This document shows positions 8,874 to 18,629 of a stretch of DNA of 64,000 nucleotides, in pieces. Source of the DNA: Candidatus Woesearchaeota archaeon (lineage in GTDB: Archaea; Nanobdellota; Nanobdellia; Woesearchaeales; GW2011-AR9); contig JABIJM010000020.1 of the NCBI GenBank assembly GCA_018655525.1, positions 14,091 to 78,090 on the forward strand, in the 5' to 3' direction. Made by a program: the position numbers and the translations under genes. Numbering within the stretch: the stretch's first letter is position 1; the number at the start of each line of letters is the position of its first letter. Under the pieces are notes generated by a model. It searched no databases and was not told where the DNA came from. It was given only the letters and a program-made list of their open reading frames with translations.

Positions 8874-10190
8874 ATGACATACAAAAATATAATTAAACAT
8901 GCAATTGTAAGAACTGCAATTGGACTAACAGCCCTCTTAGGGGGATGTGATAAGGATAATGATATACCAGACGTACCTATTCCAACAATTCCTGCAGAAC
9001 CTATAGAATCTCTTAAGGTTATTGGACCTATTCCTCCAAAAACATCTAAGAAATTACCAATTAAAGACAATTGTGAAGCATTAGATGTAATGATTATGTT
9101 TGATAACACTAGTTCAATGGGACCATATATTAATCAAGCTAAACAAAAAGGAATGGAAGCTCTAAACACCATACGTTCAACTTATCCAGATTCACGAATT
9201 GCAATTTCAACAGTAGCCGATTTCGGGCATGGAGATATACCCTACGAATTAAAAACAGGATTTACCACAGACACTTCAATAGTTGGACAAGCAATTAATT
9301 CAATTAAGTTATGTGGTGGTGGAGATGATCCTGAAGCATATTCTCATGCTATACAAAAGGCTTCAAAAGAAAAATGGAGACCAGACGCATATCGTCTTGT
9401 GATTCTTGTAGCAGATTCAGTTGCTCATGATAAAAATAAATTAAAGGCAAATGTTAAAAATTCAAATGAAACACTTGCCGTACTTACTGCAAATGAAGTG
9501 AATATCTCTTATTGGAAAAGTGTAACACCATTTACTCTTCCTTTAGCATCTCATAAAAATTTAAATTCCTTATTATTACGTTCAATTATGATTTCATGTG
9601 GAGATTATCCAAAAATAGAATATGATACCGCTAAATGGGATCTAGATTCTGAAGATAAAAAAGAACTTGATGGGTTAGTAAAAATGCTTAAAAATAAAAA
9701 AAATATTGGCATCCAAGTTGACGGCCATACAGATTCTGTAGGTGCAAATTTCAGAAATGATATCCTTGGAATTAGGAGAGCAAAAGGAGTCGCAGCATAC
9801 CTGAATTCTAAAGGAATTAAAACTGCTGCTGCAAGTTATGGAGAAGTAAAACCTCTTTGTACTACTGAAACAGAAGATTGTAAACAACTTAATAGAAGGT
9901 CACATTTATATCCAGTACTTCTATCACCAAAATCATCTAAATTTCCTTCAAAAATGGGAAACTTTTATTTAGCAAAAATTGATGGAGATACCGCAACATA
10001 TTCATTCATTCCTACTTCTAGTAAACATTTTGGTTCTGTAATAGGGAATATGTTCAATAAAAAAGATCAAGCAAATGTATTCCATACTGTAGGACATCGT
10101 AATATTTCATTAGATGCAGATGGAAATAACTCTGCTGGAGACCATATCCGTAAGTTTGAACCAGTATATTTGAAAGCTCGTTCAAATTAA
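8874..10190 (+). CDS. Lipoprotein with vWA domain and OmpA-like (peptidoglycan-binding) domain
   Basis: LGGC lipobox; MIDAS DNTSS and GGGDDPEA; OmpA_C motifs GHTDSVG, LGIRRAKGV, SYGE.KP, NRR. Confidence 0.88.
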   Translation: MTYKNIIKHAIVRTAIGLTALLGGCDKDNDIPDVPIPTIPAEPIESLKVIGPIPPKTSKKLPIKDNCEALDVMIMFDNTSSMGPYINQAKQKGMEALNTIRSTYPDSRIAISTVADFGHGDIPYELKTGFTTDTSIVGQAINSIKLCGGGDDPEAYSHAIQKASKEKWRPDAYRLVILVADSVAHDKNKLKANVKNSNETLAVLTANEVNISYWKSVTPFTLPLASHKNLNSLLLRSIMISCGDYPKIEYDTAKWDLDSEDKKELDGLVKMLKNKKNIGIQVDGHTDSVGANFRNDILGIRRAKGVAAYLNSKGIKTAAASYGEVKPLCTTETEDCKQLNRRSHLYPVLLSPKSSKFPSKMGNFYLAKIDGDTATYSFIPTSSKHFGSVIGNMFNKKDQANVFHTVGHRNISLDADGNNSAGDHIRKFEPVYLKARSN

Positions 10191-10202
10191 TTTTAGTAAA
10201 AT

Positions 10203-11120
10203 TTACCGATTCATAAATCCAAGAAATTTCAAAGGATTTACCACTCTTCCTTTGTAATAAATATGTAAATGTAAATGAGGGTTTGTTTTGTAAGGATTTG
10301 CTGTTAATCCTGATAATCCTAATTTGGTATTGTAATTTACTTGTTGTCCTACTTTGACATTAACTCTGCTCATATGTAAATAGAGATGTACATAATCTCC
10401 AGATTTAACCTTCACTGCTTTTCCATTCCATTTCATCCACCAGCCAGTTTTAATTACAACTCCAGGAAGAATGGGATATAAAGGCGTACCAACTTTTGCA
10501 TAAAAATCATGACCTTTGTGCCTTCTACTACCTCTATTAGCACCATACAAATCAAACCGACAAGTATAATGTTGACCATTTTTCTGACTATAATTTTGTG
10601 GACTTTCTTGAGAACACCTATGAAGAACAGGTAATTTTTTTCCACCAAATGGACTTTGAAAACCTTTATTCTTGAAATTAGTAGTATTTGTTTTTTTCTT
10701 ATTATCTACAACTTTTGTAATTTTACGTTTTAGAATTACTTTAGGAATCATAATTTTCTGTCCATTCCTTACTAAAGATGGTTTTTTTAAACCATTAAAT
10801 TTTGCAAGTTTTTGATAAGCTTCATTAATATCAGTTACACCATAAAACCTCAAAAGTGTTGAGATATCACAATAATGTTGTACTATTGCACCAAGATTTC
10901 GTCTGTGGGATTCACTTGATTTTACAATTACAATTATAACATCTTCATTTTTTGCAAGTAATTCAAAGGGAAAACTTGCCAAAGTAGCACTCAATCCAGA
11001 AAGACCAACTAATTTAAGAAATCCTCTTCGACTCAGTTCTTTCGTAGCATCTACATCTGGAAGTTCAGATCCATGATATTTACCTCTTGGAAGGAACTTT
11101 TTTAGAAACTCAAAAACCAT
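10203..11120 (-). CDS. Tat-exported M23 family metallopeptidase with LysM-like middle domain
   Basis: SRRGFLK Tat motif; LAKFNGLKKPSLVRNGQKIMIP LysM-like; HKGHD, YLHMS, PHLH, VNP. Confidence 0.88.
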   Translation of the reverse strand: MVFEFLKKFLPRGKYHGSELPDVDATKELSRRGFLKLVGLSGLSATLASFPFELLAKNEDVIIVIVKSSESHRRNLGAIVQHYCDISTLLRFYGVTDINEAYQKLAKFNGLKKPSLVRNGQKIMIPKVILKRKITKVVDNKKKTNTTNFKNKGFQSPFGGKKLPVLHRCSQESPQNYSQKNGQHYTCRFDLYGANRGSRRHKGHDFYAKVGTPLYPILPGVVIKTGWWMKWNGKAVKVKSGDYVHLYLHMSRVNVKVGQQVNYNTKLGLSGLTANPYKTNPHLHLHIYYKGRVVNPLKFLGFMNR

Positions 11121-11218
11121 ATATTGATTACCTCGGTTCCACTTATAATTGTTTGTTGTCCCTTTGGAGTGAATAAAAAAGAAAGATTTATAAAGGATGA
11201 AAGGTATAAAACAATAAA

Positions 11219-12652
11219 ATGTTAGAAAAATTGGTGAGTGATGAACGACATGAAAGTTTAGCTAGATATCACCCTTCTTCAGAAGAAGTATTTACAAATA
11301 ATGACAGTTTTGATTATATAAAAAATGAAGTTCTAAATAGTGATAATCAAAAAGGTTGGAAAAAGGCTGGATTAAAAGGATTAAATGGAGCAGCTCATGC
11401 AACATATGGATTACTTGAAGGAGTTTCACGTGTAACTGAAAGTGGGTTACGATTAGCAGGAAAAGCAGTTGAATATCTTGGAAGAAATGCAGATGATAAA
11501 CTCCAAGCAATTCAAACAGATCAATATGATGATGAGATCAATTGGCCAAAATCAATTTCACAAAATATTAGAAGTTTATATGGAAGTTTAAAAGAGGGTT
11601 TTCTTAGCGTAACTTCAACAAAAGTAAGAAACAATTTAATGGTAGGATTAGCATTGGGGATTGGACTTTATAGTGGATCTAAAATGTTACCAAATATTGA
11701 ATTTTCAGGAGATGAAGATAAAATTGCAGTAGTAACTCCAGAATCATCTTTGCCTAAAACTCCAAAACCATATCCTCTTAGCCCATCTTCACCTCATAAA
11801 CCTGACCCATATAGTACAAGTCACGGTGTTATCAGTGTAGATGAACTTGTAAAAACTTATGGAAAAGATGACGTTAGATTTGCACAAGAGACAATTAAAA
11901 GAGGAGCAAAATTAAGAGAGCAAAACAAAACTCGTTGTCAAAGTCCTAAAGACATTTCTAATAAATGTAAAACTTTACGAGGATTACAAGCAAAATATCC
12001 AGGAAATTATACTGCTCATTTATTTGGTTTTTTTGATGATAACAGAGAGGTTGCAAACATCACGATGTTACGGGATGCTTACCAAAATGTAATGAAAGAA
12101 GCAAATAAAAAAGGCGTAGAATTACCATTTCATTTCGTTGCTTCAACATTAGCAAAAGAAGGTCATAGCTTAGATGTTGATAATTATAAAAGTAGCAGTA
12201 CTAATGGATTTGCACAGTATGGGTTAGATACATTCGGAGATAATTATCAAACTTCAAAGAGTTTACGAACATTATTACCTAAGGGTTTTAATAAGAAATT
12301 TACGGCCCATGCAGCAACCAATGAACTCGGTCAAGTAGTAAAAACAGCAAATTTCAATTCAAAATCTGATGCATTTCATGCATTTGTTGCAGAATTAGCA
12401 TGGCGACAAATGAACTTTACAAAAAAAGCAAAGTGTGATAGTATGCCTGAAGATCAGAAGCTGTTCTTAACTTATGAATTATACAACTGTGGACAAAATT
12501 CACTTAATAAAAAATTAAGAGCAAAGAATACGTGTAAAACTTTAGAAAAACATTTCAAAGATAAATCATTAAATAAATGTCAAGGAAATGCGCATGTTGC
12601 ATTAAAAAGCGCATTATGGTTAGATCAAATGAAAGCGTTTCCAGAATCTTAA
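11219..12652 (+). CDS. Membrane-anchored protein with possible lysozyme-like/lytic transglycosylase domain
   Basis: Single hydrophobic anchor, Pro-rich linker, STLAKEG (putative catalytic Glu) and ELYNCG resembling SLT AYNxG. Confidence 0.5.
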   Translation: MLEKLVSDERHESLARYHPSSEEVFTNNDSFDYIKNEVLNSDNQKGWKKAGLKGLNGAAHATYGLLEGVSRVTESGLRLAGKAVEYLGRNADDKLQAIQTDQYDDEINWPKSISQNIRSLYGSLKEGFLSVTSTKVRNNLMVGLALGIGLYSGSKMLPNIEFSGDEDKIAVVTPESSLPKTPKPYPLSPSSPHKPDPYSTSHGVISVDELVKTYGKDDVRFAQETIKRGAKLREQNKTRCQSPKDISNKCKTLRGLQAKYPGNYTAHLFGFFDDNREVANITMLRDAYQNVMKEANKKGVELPFHFVASTLAKEGHSLDVDNYKSSSTNGFAQYGLDTFGDNYQTSKSLRTLLPKGFNKKFTAHAATNELGQVVKTANFNSKSDAFHAFVAELAWRQMNFTKKAKCDSMPEDQKLFLTYELYNCGQNSLNKKLRAKNTCKTLEKHFKDKSLNKCQGNAHVALKSALWLDQMKAFPES

Positions 12653-13209
12653 CGTCCTTTCAGCTTCAAATCAAGCACTAAATCTTCTAATTTTCTAAGA
12701 TCATACTTCACAGAATCTACTTTACGCCTGATATCATTATTTCTGAAGTCAAATTTAAGTAATTCTCCATAAATTGCGTCTACTTCGTTTTTAATCTTCT
12801 TGACAGCTTCTACTTTGCCTTTTCCAGCTAAATAGACGGCTTTTCGTACAAGTTCACCAGGAAGGTCTGCTAAACCTAGAACGTAGTGTTCTGGGTGTAC
12901 ATTAAGCTCAATAAGCTTCCCTTTCTTGACAAAATTGTAGTATAAGACTCCTTCTGCATATTCTTGGATTGCGACTTTATAACTGCCTTCAAATGCTAGT
13001 TTTGCGTTCTTTTTAGCTATCTGGTTAAGTTTCTTCTTTTCTTGTTCTATTTGTTTAAGAAGCTTAGAAGCTTGAGGCAGATCGTCTCTATGAACTGCAT
13101 ATATGAGTAATTTGCTTAATTTAAGGACAACTCTGCCTTGTTTGATCAAAAGTTCTCTATCTGAGTCATATTTTTTGAATTCTTGCTGTAATTTTGTGAA
13201 ATTTACCAT
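12649..13209 (-). CDS. Translin/TRAX family protein
   Basis: DRELLIK, QEYAEG, YVLGLADLPGELVR, RRKVD. Confidence 0.9.
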   Translation of the reverse strand: MVNFTKLQQEFKKYDSDRELLIKQGRVVLKLSKLLIYAVHRDDLPQASKLLKQIEQEKKKLNQIAKKNAKLAFEGSYKVAIQEYAEGVLYYNFVKKGKLIELNVHPEHYVLGLADLPGELVRKAVYLAGKGKVEAVKKIKNEVDAIYGELLKFDFRNNDIRRKVDSVKYDLRKLEDLVLDLKLKGR

Positions 13210-13323
13210 AGATCTATAATATTGGAGTTTCTTTATATAATTAACTTAAATTTTGTCTATATTCCTATTTAACCACAACCTTTATAAAACAAGTCTCTTC
13301 TCACAACTATATTAATTGAGGTA

Positions 13324-13557
13324 ATGTTAAAAATGGAACAATCACGACCGTTAGATATGCTTAACCGAGCACGGAATAATACCGTTCTCGTAGATTTAAA
13401 AAATGGCTTACGATACGTAGGTAAATTACAAGCGTTTGATATTCACATCAATGTCGTTCTTGAAGAAGCAGAAGAACATAAAGATGGCGAACTAAAAAGA
13501 AAGTTAGGAAATGTATTTATTAGAGGAGATACAATCATAACAATTTCTCCAGCTTAA
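13324..13557 (+). CDS. Sm-like (Lsm/SmAP) RNA-binding protein
   Basis: RPLDML, GKLQAFDIHINVVL, FIRGD; precedes L37e as in many archaea. Confidence 0.95.
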   Translation: MLKMEQSRPLDMLNRARNNTVLVDLKNGLRYVGKLQAFDIHINVVLEEAEEHKDGELKRKLGNVFIRGDTIITISPA

Positions 13558-13568
13558 GGTAAAATAAA

Positions 13569-13736
13569 ATGGTAAAAGGAACAGCAAGTATGGGTAAAAG
13601 AAGTGGGAAGAAAACTCACATCCCGTGTAAACGATGTGGCGGTTTCTCTTATCACGTTCAAAAGAAGAAATGTGCTTCTTGCGGATTTGGTGCAACTAAA
13701 ACCAAACGTAAGTATGGCTGGAACAAGAAAAAGTGA
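13569..13736 (+). CDS. rpl37e: 50S ribosomal protein L37e (not in ORF track)
   Basis: [41 protein letters not shown]. Confidence 0.95.
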   Translation: MVKGTASMGKRSGKKTHIPCKRCGGFSYHVQKKKCASCGFGATKTKRKYGWNKKK

Positions 13737-13916
13737 ACTCACTTTTTCTGGTCAGAAAATTCTTAATTTTCTTGAACAAGAAAAATACAAAGTAATTCTT
13801 TTTTATTATTAATTATAATCTGATATTATTTTTAGGTTGAATTTTTTATAGTTTTTTAGTAGTATTTTTTCTATTCGGTCAAAAAACGAAGATTAGTTTA
13901 TCCAATAAAAAAGAAA

Positions 13917-14447
13917 TTAATGAATTATAATAACTAGGCCTTCGAGTTCACGTAGCTGTCCAAATCCACTGCCATCTAAGTTTAAATCTCCTTTTGCAGT
14001 TGTGTAATGTCCAACTAATTTTTTAAGTAATCTTTCCTCAGCAACTTTAAGACTATTTCCACTCACTAAAATTTGATTTTTATCAAAGGAACGATCAGTA
14101 TTATAATTAAAACGAAGAAAATGTTCATTTCCCCTTTGTGCATATTCTACACCAAAACTTCCAAATACATACTCACCACTAACACCATCTTTAATAACAT
14201 GAGGTTCTCTTTCAAAGCCTTTATAATTTTTAGTTTCAATAAAACCATCTCCAATAAATCTCATCCTATCAGGTGATTTCCTAGATACATTATCATTATC
14301 TCGTGCTCTTAATTTAGAATATTCTCCTTCTACTTCCCTTTCTCCTGAAAGACGTCCTTTAAATGATGAATGTAAAAATATAGCCCTATAAAGTTCAACT
14401 GTTCTTGCATTACTTGGCCTTACACCACTAATTGGTTGTGTTGTCAT
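13917..14447 (-). CDS. Hypothetical protein
   Basis: 176-aa ORF, TATA upstream. Confidence 0.55.
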   Translation of the reverse strand: MTTQPISGVRPSNARTVELYRAIFLHSSFKGRLSGEREVEGEYSKLRARDNDNVSRKSPDRMRFIGDGFIETKNYKGFEREPHVIKDGVSGEYVFGSFGVEYAQRGNEHFLRFNYNTDRSFDKNQILVSGNSLKVAEERLLKKLVGHYTTAKGDLNLDGSGFGQLRELEGLVIIIH

Positions 14448-14538
14448 ATAATTTATTGAAGGGTTGAAATATATAAATCTTCTTGAGGTTTATTAAAAAA
14501 AAAAAAACGATTTAGAAAAATATTAATAAATAAAAAAA

Positions 14539-15207
14539 TCACTCAGTAATCTTTTCTCTGCACGTGATTCTAAGTTGATTAAAGGTTACTTGATCACATA
14601 TTTTAAGGTCATCCTTCAGTTTTGCAACTTTTGCAATACACACCTCTGAGTTTAACTGGTTACTAATTTTCTTACATACTTCAACATCTTCAGTTGCTTG
14701 CGCAATCTTGTTGAGACAAATCCCTTGATCTGGGTTGTTAAGTATTAAACATAAACCAGCCTTATTTGTTTTTAAGGCCACGTCCATGTAACATTCCATG
14801 TACTGGATGTCATTAAAGATTTCACCACAAAATCCACCTTTCTCTTCCTCTAATGCAAATTTATTATAACAATTATCATGCCAATACACATTTTCTATTT
14901 CTTCACATAAATTTGGATCATTTTTAGCTATAGCAATTTCTGATTCACAAAATCCTTGTGTTGTTTTATCTTTTACAAGTTTACACGCTTCAAGATTTTC
15001 ACTTTTCTTTGCAAGATCTGTAACACAAGTATCTCTGACAACATCACTTTTTATTTTACTACAAGTTCCTGCGTCTAGATAACAATCATCCCTATGTGCA
15101 CCTTCTAAAGCAGAACATGGATCATTTGGATCTACTGGTTCTTTGAATAATGTACATCCTGCAAAAAGGAGTGTTAATGTTAATAATAATATGATCAAAT
15201 ATTTCAT
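14539..15207 (-). CDS. Lipoprotein with tandem Cys-pair repeats
   Basis: FAGC lipobox; ~7 repeats of C-xx-I-x(6)-C with ~26-aa period. Confidence 0.8.
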   Translation of the reverse strand: MKYLIILLLTLTLLFAGCTLFKEPVDPNDPCSALEGAHRDDCYLDAGTCSKIKSDVVRDTCVTDLAKKSENLEACKLVKDKTTQGFCESEIAIAKNDPNLCEEIENVYWHDNCYNKFALEEEKGGFCGEIFNDIQYMECYMDVALKTNKAGLCLILNNPDQGICLNKIAQATEDVEVCKKISNQLNSEVCIAKVAKLKDDLKICDQVTFNQLRITCREKITE

Positions 15208-15273
15208 TTTATGTGTTTTTAGTGAAATCTGCTTTTAAGTTTTGTGGAAGTGTAGGAATATATAGCACACCCC

Positions 15274-15303
15274 ACTAGACAAGTACGCATAGAGCTTATA
15301 AAT
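15274..15303 (+). promoter_or_regulatory. Conserved motif plus TATA box upstream of LAGLIDADG gene 1
   Basis: ACTAGACAAGTACGCATAGAGCTTATAAAT; 27/30 identical to 55949-55978 (-). Confidence 0.8.
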
Positions 15304-15323
15304 AAAGAAAATCTGAGAGAATT

Positions 15324-16013
15324 ATGAACCTAGGTAAAATTAATAAAATTCCCTTAAATAATATCACTGCATATTTAGCTGGTGTAATTATTGGAGATGG
15401 AAATGTCTCCAATGCATCAAAATCTAAAAAAGATAAATCAAAAGATTATAGAATTACAATTGAAGTTACTGATCTTAATTTCTTAATCAATGTTGAAAAA
15501 TTAATTAAATCAATTATAAAAACAAAAAGTACAGTAACAAAAAGATCAAAAATTAAAGAAAAAAGGAAACAATTATATTATTTTCAATTTAGAAATAAAA
15601 GTTTTTATTACTTTCTTACAAAAGATTTGGAGATTCCAGCTGGAAAAAAGTCAAATATTGTTTTTGTTCCTAATAAAATATTAAAATCTAATGGATTATA
15701 TCCTTTTTTTCTTGCTGGGGTATTTGATACAGATGGAGGAATTAGAGGAAAGACTCCTGGATTTACTTCAGCAAGTAAAAAATTAATTGATGGATTAAGT
15801 TTTATTCTAAATGAACTTAAAATCACCCATTATTTAGATTCATGGGTTAATAAGAGATATAATCAAAGATATTATGGAATTAAGATATCGGTAAAAGATA
15901 CCGACAAGTTTTTAAATGGGTTACCATCATGTAACAAAGAGAAACTTGACAAAGTTCTTGTCCATGTGGACGTGCCGGAGCGGTCAAACGGGCTGGAAGG
16001 TCTTCCGATATAG
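15324..16013 (+). CDS. Free-standing double-motif LAGLIDADG endonuclease-like protein; 3' end overlaps tRNA-Leu
   Basis: AYLAGVIIGDG and FLAGVFDTDGG; no intein splicing motifs; stop TAG 16011-16013 lies in the tRNA intron. Confidence 0.88.
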   Translation: MNLGKINKIPLNNITAYLAGVIIGDGNVSNASKSKKDKSKDYRITIEVTDLNFLINVEKLIKSIIKTKSTVTKRSKIKEKRKQLYYFQFRNKSFYYFLTKDLEIPAGKKSNIVFVPNKILKSNGLYPFFLAGVFDTDGGIRGKTPGFTSASKKLIDGLSFILNELKITHYLDSWVNKRYNQRYYGIKISVKDTDKFLNGLPSCNKEKLDKVLVHVDVPERSNGLEGLPI

Positions 16014-16079
16014 GAAACCTGGCTGAGCTTAGGACCCAGTGGCTTAGTGCCTACGCAGGTTCAAACCCTGCCGTTCACA
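15966..16079 (+). tRNA. tRNA-Leu(UAG) with intron at 30/31 (15997-16026)
   Basis: GTGGACG/CGTTCAC acceptor, CTGGG/CCCAG anticodon stem after splicing, long variable arm, TTCAAAC loop, BHB at junction. Confidence 0.93.
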
Positions 16080-16086
16080 TCTTTTT

Positions 16087-17658
16087 TTATACACTCTTAA
16101 ACAATTTCACAACTCTTTCTTTTCCAATCTCTAAGATGAATGACGCCAATCGTGGTCCTTGATCTTTATTGATTAAGACATTATACGCTATCTTAAAGAA
16201 ATCTTTAATTGGGAATTCTGAGTTTTTACATAAGATATACATCTCTTCATGTAACTCTTTATCTGTCCATTCTTTTTCACCTAGTTTTTTAGCTAATTGA
16301 TGAAGAATTTCTTTTTCTTCTTTTCCAAGAGTCACTTGCGAGGTTTTTTGTATAGTAAATGTAAATTCATCTGGAGCATATTTTTTAACCCAATTGGTTG
16401 CACATTCTGCACGTTTTCTAATACGTTTTTTATCATGCTCATTCTTAAGCTCTTTTTCAAAATATCCAATGACTTTATCTATATCAAATTCATAAATTTG
16501 TAAAAGTGTTGTTAGATGTCTAAAACTTGGTTGGTAAGGAATAGTCTTTGGAATTTTTCCAATATAACTTAATTCATATGCAACCGACATTTTGATTGTA
16601 TCTTTTTCATTGACTTTATGTTCACCATAATACACACGCTCCACTTTATCAAATTCTTCATAGATTGCAATAACATCTACATCAAATGAGATTGCAAATT
16701 CTCTATTTGGACGAGTTCCTGCAAATAAGTATCGTGTTACTTCTGGTTCATAAATTTCAAGAACGTCTGTTAATGTTGTTACGTTTCCTGAAGAGGAAGA
16801 CATTTTTCCTCCACCACCTTTAATACGAATAAAATCGTACATAACATAGGTTGGTGCTTCAAAACCATAAACTTCTTTGCAAATTTGTTTTCCTGTATCA
16901 AAACTTCCACCCTTTGTAGAATGGTCTTTTCCACCTGGCTCAAAATCTACATTTTCATACATCCAACGCATTGGCCAATCTATTCGCCATTTTAATTTGA
17001 CATTTCCATCTTTGCGAATATCTACTGTTTCGGTTGTACCGTCAGTTAATTTGTAGGAAACACCCCATTTACCGTCCCAGGTTAATTCTGTAACATCGTC
17101 AGTTCCTAATTTTTTAGAGAATACTGCAATAGGCAACCAATCATCTGCTAAAGGGTTTTCTCTATATTGATCAATAATTTTTTTGATTTCTTTTGTATGT
17201 TCTAATGCTATTTTGATCTCTTTAGCATATGTACCTTTCCGATACATTTTATGTTGATAAATATATTCTGGATTAATTCCAACACGTTTTACAGATTCTT
17301 CTACTGCAACTTGGTTATGCTGTGCATAACTTTCATGTGAATCATAAGGGTCTGGTACATCTACAATTGCTTTTCGTAATTGTGCTTTAAGTTCTTCTTG
17401 TTTTGGCATGCCTTTTGGAACTTTTCTAAATACGTCATAATCATCCCAGGAATAAATAAATCGGACTTTTTTGCCTTTTTTTTCAAGAGCACGTTTCACT
17501 AAATCTACAGTTATAATTTCTCTAAAATTTCCAATGTGTACAACACCGGAAGGTGTTATTCCTGAAGCAACAGTATATGTTTCTTTATCTCCTTTTTGTC
17601 GGATGATGTTATCTGCTGCGACATCTGTCCAATGATATGATTTTTGTTCTTTTGCCAT
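16087..17658 (-). CDS. lysS: Class I lysyl-tRNA synthetase
   Basis: GITPSGVVHIGNFRE, KLKWRIDWPMRW, FEPGGKDH, KMSSS. Confidence 0.96.
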   Translation of the reverse strand: MAKEQKSYHWTDVAADNIIRQKGDKETYTVASGITPSGVVHIGNFREIITVDLVKRALEKKGKKVRFIYSWDDYDVFRKVPKGMPKQEELKAQLRKAIVDVPDPYDSHESYAQHNQVAVEESVKRVGINPEYIYQHKMYRKGTYAKEIKIALEHTKEIKKIIDQYRENPLADDWLPIAVFSKKLGTDDVTELTWDGKWGVSYKLTDGTTETVDIRKDGNVKLKWRIDWPMRWMYENVDFEPGGKDHSTKGGSFDTGKQICKEVYGFEAPTYVMYDFIRIKGGGGKMSSSSGNVTTLTDVLEIYEPEVTRYLFAGTRPNREFAISFDVDVIAIYEEFDKVERVYYGEHKVNEKDTIKMSVAYELSYIGKIPKTIPYQPSFRHLTTLLQIYEFDIDKVIGYFEKELKNEHDKKRIRKRAECATNWVKKYAPDEFTFTIQKTSQVTLGKEEKEILHQLAKKLGEKEWTDKELHEEMYILCKNSEFPIKDFFKIAYNVLINKDQGPRLASFILEIGKERVVKLFKSV

Positions 17659-17747
17659 TGAGAGAAGTGAATGGAGGGAATTATATAAACGTTATGGGAT
17701 TACTTTTATAAACCTCAATAATTTACTTATTCCTAAAAAGAGGTACG

Positions 17748-18629
17748 ATGATAATCACAAGCTGTGGAAATTCTGTAAAACTAGCAAAATCGCTCGCAAA
17801 AAAGCTTCGTGTGAAATATGTTCCTTTAGATATTGGCGCATTTCCTGATGGGGATATGTATATGCGATTTAAAGCAAAATCTTTTAAGAAAAAGAAAGTA
17901 GTCATCGTACAATCATTTCAACCAAATCCAGACATGAGTTTATTTGATGTTATTTGGGCTGCAGAAACTGCAAAAGATATTGGGGCAAGGAAAGTAATTC
18001 TGGTCGCACCATATCTTGCATTTATGCGTCAAGATAAACGGTTCAATTCTGGAGAAGCTGTTTCTTCTCGGATAATGGCGAAATTGTTAAACAAATCCAT
18101 TGATAAAATTATCACAATTGATCCACATTTACATAGATATAAATCATTAAAAGAGATCTTCACAATTTCAGCTAAAAAATTAACAGCAAATCCATTAATA
18201 GGTGAATTTGTGAAAAAGAAAATTAAAAATCCTGTGATTCTTGGTCCTGATTGGGAATCATATCAATGGGCAGATAAAATTGCAAGTCATGTTGGGTGTG
18301 ATTCTACGTGTTTAGCAAAAACACGATTTTCTTCTAGAAGAGTAACGTCAAAAATGACGAAAAATGTTGAAATCAAAGGAAAAAATGTTGTGATTATAGA
18401 TGACATTATTTCTACTGGACATACGATTATAGAAGCTGCAAAAAAAGCTAAAAAGAAAGGTGCAAAATCAATCACAGCTATTGGAGTTCATGGATTATTT
18501 GCAGAGAATGCAATTTCTAAAATGAAAAAATATGTTGATTGGATTTATACGACTAATACGATTGAACATAAAACAAGTAAGATTGATGTTTTGCCATTAG
18601 TGTTAAAAGAATTGAAAATATTAAAATAA
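17748..18629 (+). CDS. prs: Ribose-phosphate pyrophosphokinase
   Basis: FPDGD, PYLAFMRQDKRF, IIDDIISTGHT. Confidence 0.95.
   Translation: MIITSCGNSVKLAKSLAKKLRVKYVPLDIGAFPDGDMYMRFKAKSFKKKKVVIVQSFQPNPDMSLFDVIWAAETAKDIGARKVILVAPYLAFMRQDKRFNSGEAVSSRIMAKLLNKSIDKIITIDPHLHRYKSLKEIFTISAKKLTANPLIGEFVKKKIKNPVILGPDWESYQWADKIASHVGCDSTCLAKTRFSSRRVTSKMTKNVEIKGKNVVIIDDIISTGHTIIEAAKKAKKKGAKSITAIGVHGLFAENAISKMKKYVDWIYTTNTIEHKTSKIDVLPLVLKELKILK

Noticed and set aside
13603-13812. 69-aa ORF in the track
   Set aside because: Out-of-frame overlap with the real rpl37e (13569-13736)
15324-16013. Intein or group I intron interpretation of the LAGLIDADG ORFs
   Set aside because: No host extein, no N-terminal Cys/Ser block or His-Asn end, and no group I core recognised; the ORFs lie mostly outside the tRNA introns
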